Positions 54,301 to 64,000 of a stretch of 64,000 bases of DNA are shown here, piece after piece; positions within the stretch are counted from its first letter, which is position 1, and every line of letters begins with the position of its first letter. Origin of the DNA: Auanema rhodensis (lineage: Eukaryota > Animalia > Nematoda); the NCBI GenBank assembly GCA_964057225.1, contig OZ059896.1, positions 806,001 to 870,000 on the forward strand, written 5' to 3'. Position numbers and translations under genes: made by a program. The notes below the pieces were generated by a model. That model was not told where the DNA came from. It saw nothing but the letters and a program-made list of their open reading frames with translations, and ran no database searches.

Positions 54301-56315
54301 GGATTCTAATTTTGAAAACCGCATCTCTTTATCTTTCACGTGAAGCGAGTTACATACCAAGTGCACATCACGTGTACATTTAATTAGCATAAATTAAAGT
54401 TCACGTAAATTTCAAAGTCATGGTGACCATGAACCAATATCAATAAAAATTTGTTTTTAGACTAATATGGACATGGGGAATCTAATTTTGAAAACCGCAT
54501 CTCTTTATCTTTCACGTGAAGCGAGTTACATACCAAGTGCACATCACGTGTACATTTAATTAGCATAAATTAAAGTTCACGTAAATTTCAAAGTCATGGT
54601 TACCATGCACCAATATCAATAACAATTTGTTTTTAGACTAAAATGGACATGGGGAATCTAATTTTGAAAACGGCATCTCTTTTTCTTTCACGTGAAGCGA
54701 GTTACATACCAAGTGCACATGACGTGTACATTTAATTAGCATAAATTAAAGTTCACGTAAATTTCAAAGTCATGGTGACCATGAACCAATATCAATAAAA
54801 ATTTGTTTTTAGACTAATATGGACATGGGGAATCTAATTTTGAAAACCGCATCTCTTTATCTTTCACGTGAAGCGAGTTACATACCAAGTGCACATCACG
54901 TGTACATTTAATTAGCATAAATTAAAGTTCACGTAAATTTCAAAGTCATGGTTACCATGCACCAATATCAATAACAATTTGTTTTTAGACTAAAATGGAC
55001 ATGGGGAATCTAATTTTGAAAACGGCATCTCTTTTTCTTTCACGTGAAGCGAGTTACATACCAAGTGCACATGACGTGTACATTTAATTAGCATAAATTA
55101 AAGTTCACGTAAATTTCAAAGTCATGGTTACCATGAACCAATATCAGTAAAAATTTGTTTTTAGACTAATATGGAGATGGGGAATCTAATTTTGAAAACC
55201 GCATCTCTTTATCTTTCACGTGAAGCGAGTTACATACCAAGTGCACATCACGTGTACATTTAATTAGCATAAATTAAAGTCCACGTAAATTTCAAAGTCA
55301 TGGTTACCATGCACCAATATCAATAAAAATTTGTTTTTAGACTAATATGGGCATGGGGAATCTGATTTTGAAAACCGCATCTCTTTATCTTTTACGTGAA
55401 GCGAGTTACATACCAAGTGCACATCACGTGTACATTTAATTAGCATAAATTAAAGTTCACGTAAATTTCAAAGTCATGGTTACCATGCACCAATATCAAT
55501 AAAAATTTGTTTTTAGACTAATATGGACATGGGGAATCTAATTTTGAAAACCGCATCTCTTTATCTTTCACGTGAAGCGAGTTACATACCAAGTGCACAT
55601 CACGTGTACATTTAATTAGCATAAATTAAAGTTCACGTAAATTTCAAAGTCATGGTTACCATGCACCAAAATCAATAAAAATTTGTTTTTAGACTAATAT
55701 GGACATGGGGAATCTAATTTTGAAAACCGCATCTCTTTATCTTTCACGTGAAGCGAGTTACATACCAAGTGCACATCACGTGTACATTTAATTAGCATAA
55801 ATTAAAGTTCACGTAAATTTCAAAGTCATGGTTACCATGCACCAATATCAATAAAAATTTGTTTTTAGACTAATATGGACATGGGGAATCTAATTTTGAA
55901 AACCGCATCTCTTTATCTTTCACGTGAAGCGAGTTACATACCAAGTGCACATCACGTGTACATTTAATTAGCATAAATTAAAGTTCACGTAAATTTCAAA
56001 GTCATGGTTACCATGCACCAATATCAATAAAAATTTGTTTTTAGACTAATATGGACATGGGGAATCTAATTTTGAAAACCGCATCTCTTTATCTTTCACG
56101 TGAAGCGAGTTACATACCAAGTGCACATCACGTGTACATTTAATTAGCATAAATTAAAGTTCACGTAAATTTCAAAGTCATGGTTACCATGAACCAATAT
56201 CAATAAAAATTCGTTTTTAGACTAATATGGACATGGGGAATCTAATTTTGAAAACCGCATCTCTTTATCTTTCACGTGAAGCGAGTTACATACCAAGTGC
56301 ACATCACGTGTACAT
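51388..56315. repeat. 14-monomer (2464 bp) tandem duplication: 51388-53851 / 53852-56315
   Basis: Private alleles GGGGATTC (51840/54304) and AAGTCCAC (52817/55281) are exactly 2464 bp apart; unit order matches throughout. Confidence 0.92.
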
Positions 56316-59300
56316 TTAATTAGCATAAATTAAAGTTCACGTAAATTTCAAAGTCATGGTTACCATGCACCAATATCAATAAAAATTTGTTTTTAGACTA
56401 ATATGGACATGGGGAATCTAATTTTGAAAACCGCATCTCTTTATCTTTCACGTGAAGCGAGTTACATACCAAGTGCACATCACGTGTACATTTAATTAGC
56501 ATAAATTAAAGTTCACGTAAATTTCAAAGTCATGGTTACCATGAACCAATATCAATAAAAATTCGTTTTTAGACTAATATGGACATGGGGAATCTAATTT
56601 TGAAAACCGCATCTCTTTATCTTTCACGTGAAGCGAGTTACATACCAAGTGCACATCACGTGTACATTTAATTAGCATAAATTAAAGTTCACGTAAATTT
56701 CAAAGTCATGGTTACCATGCACCAATATCAATAAAAATTTGTTTTTAGACTAATATGGACATGGGGAATCTAAGTTTGAAAACCGCATCTCTTTATCTTT
56801 CACGTGAAGCGAGTTACATACCAAGTGCACATCACGTGTACATTTAATTAGCATAAATTAAAGTTCACGTAAATTTCAAAGTCATGGTTACCATGCACCA
56901 ATATCAATAAAAATTTGTTTTTAGACTAATATGGACATGGGGAATCTAATTTTGAAAACCGCATCTCTTTATCTTTCACGTGAAGCGAGTTACATACCAA
57001 GTGCACATCACGTGTACATTTAATTAGCATAAATTAAAGTTCACGTAAATTTCAAAGTCATGGTTACCATGAACCAATATCAATAAAAATTCGTTTTTAG
57101 ACTAATATGGACATGGGGAATCTAATTTTGAAAACCGCATCTCTTTATCTTTCACGTGAAGCGAGTTACATACCAAGTGCACATCACGTGTACATTTAAT
57201 TAGCATAAATTAAAGTTCACGTAAATTTCAAAGTCATGGTTACCATGCACCAATATCAATAAACATTTGTTTTTAGACTAATATGGACATGGGGAATCTA
57301 ATTTTGAAAACCGCATCTCTTTTTCTTTCACGTGAAGCGAGTTACATACCAAGAGCACATCACGTGTACATTTAATTAGCATAAATTAAAGTTCACGTAA
57401 ATTTCAAAGTCATGGTTACCATGAACCAATATCAATAAAAATTTGTTTTTAGACTAATATGGACATGGGGAATCTAATTTCGAAAACCGCATCTCTTTAT
57501 CTTTCACGTGAAGCGAGTTACATACCAAGTGCACATCACGTGTACATTTAATTAGCATAAATTAAAGTTCACGTAAATTTCAAAGTCATGGTTACCATGC
57601 ACCAATATCAATAAACATTTGTTTTTAGACTAATATGGACATGGGGAATCTAATTTTGAAAACCGCATCTCTTTTTCTTTCACGTGAAGCGAGTTACATA
57701 CCAAGAGCACATCACGTGTACATTTAATTAGCATAAATTAAAGTTCACGTAAATTTCAAAGTCATGGTTACCATGAACCAATATCAATAAAAATTCGTTT
57801 TTAGACTAATATGGACATGGGAAATCTAATTTTGAAAACCGCATCTCTTTATCTTTTACGTGAAGCGAGTTACATACCAAGTGCACATCACGTGTACATT
57901 TAATTAGCATAAATTAAAGTTCACGTGAATTTCAAAGTCATGGTTACCATGCACCAATATCAATAAAAATTTGTTTTTAGACTAATATGGACATGGGGAA
58001 TCTAATTTTGAAAACCGCATCTCTTTATCTTTCACGTGAAGCGAGTTACATACCAAGTGCACATCACGTGTACATTTAATTAGCATAAATTAAAGTTCAC
58101 GTAAATTTCAAAGTCATGGTTACCATGAACCAATATCAATAAAAATTTGTTTTTAGACTAATATGGACATGAAGAATCAAATTTTGAAAACCGCATCTCT
58201 TTATCTTTCACGTGAAGCGAGTTACATACCAAGTGCACATCACGTGTACATTTAATTAGCATAAATTAAAGTTCACGTAAATTTCAAAGTCATGGTTACC
58301 ATGCACCAATATCAATAAAAGTTTGTTTTTAGACTAATATGGACATGGGGAATCTAATTTTGAAAACCGCATCTCTTTATCTTTCAGGTGAAGCAAGTTA
58401 CATACCAAGTGCACATCACGTGTACATTTAATTAGCATAAATTAAAGTTCACGTAAATTTCAAAGTCATGGTTACCATGCACCAAAATCAATAAAAATTT
58501 GTTTTTAGACTAATATGGACATGGGGAATCTAATTTTGAAAACCGCATCTCTTTATCTTTCACGTGAAGCGAGTTACATACCAAGTGCACATCACGTGTA
58601 CATTTAATTAGCATAAATTAAAGTTCACGTAAATTTCAAAGTCATGGTTACCATGCACCAATATCAATAAAAATTTGTTTTTAGACTAATATGGACATGG
58701 GGAATCTAATTTTGAAAACCGCATCTCTTTATCTTTCACGTGAAGCGAGTTACATACCAAGTGCACATCACGTGTACATTTAATTAGCATAAATTAAAGT
58801 TCACGTAAATTTCAAAGTTATGGTTACCATGCACCAATATCAATAAAAATTTGTTTTTAGACTAATATGGACATGGGGAATCTAATTTTGAAAACCGCAT
58901 CTCTTTATCTTTCACGTGAAGCGAGTTACATACCAAGTGCACATCACGTGTACATTTAATTAGCATAAATTAAAGTTCACGTAAATTTCAAAGTCATGGT
59001 TACCATGAACCAATATCAATAAAAAATTGTTTTCAGACTAATATGGACATGGGGAATCTAATTTCAAAAACCGCATCTCTTTATCTTTCACGTGAAGCGA
59101 GTTACATACCAAGTGCACATCACGTGTACATTTAAGTAGCATAAATTAAAGTTCACGTAATTTTCAAAGTCATGGTTACCATGAACCAATATCAATAAAA
59201 ATTTGTTTTTAGACTAATATGGACATGAAGAATCTAATTTTGAAAACCGCATCTCTTTATCTTTCACGTGAAGCGAGTTACATACCAAGTGCACATCACG

Positions 59301-62300
59301 TGCACATTTAATTAGCATAAATTAAAGTTCACGTAAATTTCAAAGTCATGGTTACCATGAACCAATATCAATAAAAATTTGTTTTTAGACTAATATGGAC
59401 ATGGGGAATCTAATTTCAAAAACCGCATCTCTTTATCTTTCACGTGAAGCGAGTTACATACCAAGTGCACATCACGTGTACATTTAATTAGCATAAATTA
59501 AAGTTCACGTAAATTTCAAAGTCATGGTTACCATGAACCAATATCAATAAAAATTTGTTTTTAGACTAATATGGACATGAAGAATCTAATTTTGAAAACC
59601 GCATCTCTTTATCTTTCACGTGAAGCGAGTTACATACCAAGTGCACATCACGTGTACATTTAATTAGCATAAATTAAAGTTCACGTAAATTTCAAAGTCA
59701 TGGTTACCATGCACCAATATCAATAAAAATTTGTTTTTAGACTAATATGGACATGGGGAATCTAATTTTGAAAACCGCATCTCTTTATCTTTCACGTGAA
59801 GCGAGTTACATACCAAGTGCACATCACGTGTACATTTAATTAGCATAAATTAAAGTTCACGTAAATTTCAAAGTCATGGTTACCATGAACCAATATCAAT
59901 AAAAATTCGTTTTTAGACTAATATGGACATGGGGAATCTAATTTTGAAAACCGCATCTCTTTATCTTTCACGTGAAGCGAGTTACATACCAAGTGCACAT
60001 CACGTGTACATTTAATTAGCATAAATTAAAGTTCACGTAAATTTCAAAGTCATGGTTACCATGCACCAATATCAATAAAAATTTGTTTTTAGACTAATAT
60101 GGACATGGGGAATCTAAGTTTGAAAACCGCATCTCTTTATCTTTCACGTGAAGCGAGTTACATACCAAGTGCACATCACGTGTACATTTAATTAGCATAA
60201 ATTAAAGTTCACGTAAATTTCAAAGTCATGGTTACCATGCACCAATATCAATAAAAATTTGTTTTTAGACTAATATGGACATGGGGAATCTAATTTTGAA
60301 AACCGCATCTCTTTATCTTTCACGTGAAGCGAGTTACATACCAAGTGCACATCACGTGTACATTTAATTAGCATAAATTAAAGTTCACGTAAATTTCAAA
60401 GTCATGGTTACCATGAACCAATATCAATAAAAATTCGTTTTTAGACTAATATGGACATGGGGAATCTAATTTTGAAAACCGCATCTCTTTATCTTTCACG
60501 TGAAGCGAGTTACATACCAAGTGCACATCACGTGTACATTTAATTAGCATAAATTAAAGTTCACGTAAATTTCAAAGTCATGGTTACCATGCACCAATAT
60601 CAATAAACATTTGTTTTTAGACTAATATGGACATGGGGAATCTAATTTTGAAAACCGCATCTCTTTTTCTTTCACGTGAAGCGAGTTACATACCAAGAGC
60701 ACATCACGTGTACATTTAATTAGCATAAATTAAAGTTCACGTAAATTTCAAAGTCATGGTTACCATGAACCAATATCAATAAAAATTTGTTTTTAGACTA
60801 ATATGGACATGGGGAATCTAATTTCGAAAACCGCATCTCTTTATCTTTCACGTGAAGCGAGTTACATACCAAGTGCACATCACGTGTACATTTAATTAGC
60901 ATAAATTAAAGTTCACGTAAATTTCAAAGTCATGGTTACCATGCACCAATATCAATAAACATTTGTTTTTAGACTAATATGGACATGGGGAATCTAATTT
61001 TGAAAACCGCATCTCTTTTTCTTTCACGTGAAGCGAGTTACATACCAAGAGCACATCACGTGTACATTTAATTAGCATAAATTAAAGTTCACGTAAATTT
61101 CAAAGTCATGGTTACCATGAACCAATATCAATAAAAATTCGTTTTTAGACTAATATGGACATGGGAAATCTAATTTTGAAAACCGCATCTCTTTATCTTT
61201 TACGTGAAGCGAGTTACATACCAAGTGCACATCACGTGTACATTTAATTAGCATAAATTAAAGTTCACGTGAATTTCAAAGTCATGGTTACCATGCACCA
61301 ATATCAATAAAAATTTGTTTTTAGACTAATATGGACATGGGGAATCTAATTTTGAAAACCGCATCTCTTTATCTTTCACGTGAAGCGAGTTACATACCAA
61401 GTGCACATCACGTGTACATTTAATTAGCATAAATTAAAGTTCACGTAAATTTCAAAGTCATGGTTACCATGAACCAATATCAATAAAAATTTGTTTTTAG
61501 ACTAATATGGACATGAAGAATCAAATTTTGAAAACCGCATCTCTTTATCTTTCACGTGAAGCGAGTTACATACCAAGTGCACATCACGTGTACATTTAAT
61601 TAGCATAAATTAAAGTTCACGTAAATTTCAAAGTCATGGTTACCATGCACCAATATCAATAAAAGTTTGTTTTTAGACTAATATGGACATGGGGAATCTA
61701 ATTTTGAAAACCGCATCTCTTTATCTTTCAGGTGAAGCAAGTTACATACCAAGTGCACATCACGTGTACATTTAATTAGCATAAATTAAAGTTCACGTAA
61801 ATTTCAAAGTCATGGTTACCATGCACCAAAATCAATAAAAATTTGTTTTTAGACTAATATGGACATGGGGAATCTAATTTTGAAAACCGCATCTCTTTAT
61901 CTTTCACGTGAAGCGAGTTACATACCAAGTGCACATCACGTGTACATTTAATTAGCATAAATTAAAGTTCACGTAAATTTCAAAGTCATGGTTACCATGC
62001 ACCAATATCAATAAAAATTTGTTTTTAGACTAATATGGACATGGGGAATCTAATTTTGAAAACCGCATCTCTTTATCTTTCACGTGAAGCGAGTTACATA
62101 CCAAGTGCACATCACGTGTACATTTAATTAGCATAAATTAAAGTTCACGTAAATTTCAAAGTTATGGTTACCATGCACCAATATCAATAAAAATTTGTTT
62201 TTAGACTAATATGGACATGGGGAATCTAATTTTGAAAACCGCATCTCTTTATCTTTCACGTGAAGCGAGTTACATACCAAGTGCACATCACGTGTACATT

Positions 62301-63003
62301 TAATTAGCATAAATTAAAGTTCACGTAAATTTCAAAGTCATGGTTACCATGAACCAATATCAATAAAAAATTGTTTTCAGACTAATATGGACATGGGGAA
62401 TCTAATTTCAAAAACCGCATCTCTTTATCTTTCACGTGAAGCGAGTTACATACCAAGTGCACATCACGTGTACATTTAAGTAGCATAAATTAAAGTTCAC
62501 GTAATTTTCAAAGTCATGGTTACCATGAACCAATATCAATAAAAATTTGTTTTTAGACTAATATGGACATGAAGAATCTAATTTTGAAAACCGCATCTCT
62601 TTATCTTTCACGTGAAGCGAGTTACATACCAAGTGCACATCACGTGCACATTTAATTAGCATAAATTAAAGTTCACGTAAATTTCAAAGTCATGGTTACC
62701 ATGAACCAATATCAATAAAAATTTGTTTTTAGACTAATATGGACATGGGGAATCTAATTTCAAAAACCGCATCTCTTTATCTTTCACGTGAAGCGAGTTA
62801 CATACCAAGTGCACATCACGTGTACATTTAATTAGCATAAATTAAAGTTCACGTAAATTTCAAAGTCATGGTTACCATGAACCAATATCAATAAAAATTT
62901 GTTTTTAGACTAATATGGACATGAAGAATCTAATTTTGAAAACCGCATCTCTTTATCTTTCACGTGAAGCGAGTTACATACCAAGTGCACATCACGTGTA
63001 CAT
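56316..63003. repeat. 19-monomer (3344 bp) tandem duplication: 56316-59659 / 59660-63003
   Basis: Private alleles pair at exactly 3344 bp: 56774/60118, 57354/60698, 58387/61731, 59034/62378, 59136/62480. Confidence 0.95.
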
Positions 63004-63355
63004 TTAATTAGCATAAATTAAAGTTCACGTAAATTTCAAAGTCATGGTTACCATGAACCAATATCAATAAAAATTTGTTTTTAGAATAATATGGACATGG
63101 GAAATCTAATTTTGAAAACCGCATCTCTTTATCTTTCACGTGAAGCGAGTTACATACCAAGTGCACATCACGTGTACATTTAATTAGCATAAATTAAAGT
63201 TCACGTAAATTTCAAAGTCATGGTTACCATGAACCAATATCAATAAAAATTTGTTTTTAGACTGATATGGACATGGGGAATCTAATTTTGAAAACCGCAT
63301 CTCTTTATCTTTCACGTGAAGCGAGTTACATACCAAGTGCACATCACGTGTACAT

Positions 63356-63533
63356 TTAATTAGCATAAATTAAAGTTCACGTAAATTTCAAAGTCATGGT
63401 TACCATGAACCAATATCAATATAAAAATTTGTTTTTAGACTAATATGGACATGGGGAATCTAATTTCGAAAACCGCATCTCTTTATCTTTCACGTGAAGC
63501 GAGTTACATACCAAGTGCACATCACGTGTACAT
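63356..63533. repeat. 178-bp monomer with a 2-bp (AT) insertion at ~63420
   Basis: CAATATCAATATAAAAATTT versus consensus CAATATCAATAAAAATTT; phase shifts by +2. Confidence 0.93.
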
Positions 63534-64000
63534 TTAATTAGCATAAATTAAAGTTCACGTAAATTTCAAAGTCATGGTTACCATGAACCAATATCAATAA
63601 AAATTTGTTTTTAGACTGATATGGACATGAAGAATCTAATTTTGAAAACCGCATCTCTTTATCTTTCACGTGAAGCGAGTTACATACCAAGTGCACATCA
63701 CGTGTACATTTAATTAGCATAAATTAAAGTTCACGTAAATTTCAAAGTCATGGTTACCATGAACCAATATCAATAAAAATTTGTTTTTAGACTAATATGG
63801 ACATGAAGAATCTAATTTTGAAAACCGCATCTCTTTATCTTTCACGTGAAGCGAGTTACATACCAAGTGCACATCACGTGTACATTTAATTAGCATAAAT
63901 TAAAGTTCACGTAAATTTCAAAGTCATGGTTACCATGCACCAATATCAATAAAAGTTTGTTTTTAGACTAATATGGACATGGGGAATCTAATTTTGAAAA

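Larger units (their letters stand above)
1..64000. repeat. Tandem satellite DNA array, 176-bp monomer, ~363.7 copies, head-to-tail, no interruptions; runs off both window ends
   Basis: TTAATTAGCATAAATTAAAG recurs at 1, 177, 353, ... (1+176n) up to 43649. After a 5-bp deletion it recurs at 43820+176n up to 63356, and after a 2-bp insertion at 63534, 63710 and 63886. No non-satellite sequence seen. Confidence 0.99.
47868..64000. repeat. Satellite variant domain D with large recent tandem block duplications
   Basis: Alleles TGATTTCG, GTAAGT+AACATGTAC, AAACGGC, GGAGATG, ATTCGTT, CAAGAGC and ATGAAGA; contains the 14-mer and 19-mer duplications. Confidence 0.8.

Noticed and set aside
1-64000. CRISPR array (palindromic short repeats at regular spacing)
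   Set aside because: No unique spacers: the entire 176 bp is repeated, and there are no cas genes or leader.
1-64000. Tandem 5S rRNA, tRNA, snRNA or spliced-leader gene array
   Set aside because: No 5S or tRNA sequence, Pol III A/B/C boxes, cloverleaf or recognisable SL exon; the unit is 68% AT.
1-64000. Variant pattern as an encoded message or a single fixed-period HOR
   Set aside because: Patterns are explained by nested duplications with inconsistent periods (2-19 monomers); no global period holds across the window.
1-64000. Pure assembly or sequencing artefact (collapsed or concatemeric repeat)
   Set aside because: Linked, position-specific haplotypes and near absence of homopolymer indels indicate real, accurately resolved copies, although individual exact duplications still need read support.

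Overview
The whole 64 kb window is one uninterrupted, head-to-tail, single-orientation tandem satellite array. It has a 176-bp AT-rich monomer (about 32% GC): 363 complete copies plus a 115-bp partial copy. Consensus: TTAATTAGCATAAATTAAAGTTCACGTAAATTTCAAAGTCATGGTTACCATGAACCAATATCAATAAAAATTTGTTTTTAGACTAATATGGACATGGGGAATCTAATTTTGAAAACCGCATCTCTTTATCTTTCACGTGAAGCGAGTTACATACCAAGTGCACATCACGTGTACAT. I see no genes, RNA genes, transposons, CRISPR spacers or inversions. Copies usually differ from consensus by 0-5 substitutions, and only two phase-shifting indels are visible (-5 bp at ~43770, +2 bp at ~63420). The nucleosome-sized unit and high homogeneity fit eukaryotic centromeric, pericentromeric or subtelomeric satellite DNA, but I cannot name the family or host. 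The information lies in the variants. (i) There are four successive variant domains (~1-30 kb, ~30-41 kb, a singleton-rich 41-48 kb zone, ~48-64 kb). (ii) There are many nested block duplications or nascent higher-order repeats of 2, 4, 6, 7, 10, 13, 14 and 19 monomers. (iii) The monomer is rich in dyad symmetry, with three helically phased TCACGT (E-box/CDEI-like) cores. (iv) Many recurrent variant alleles create or perfect short palindromes, suggesting template-switch mutagenesis or preferential spread of dyad-symmetric variants. The five 60-aa minus-strand ORFs are monomers that lost one TAG and are most likely not genes. All variant mapping was done by eye and needs confirming by alignment.
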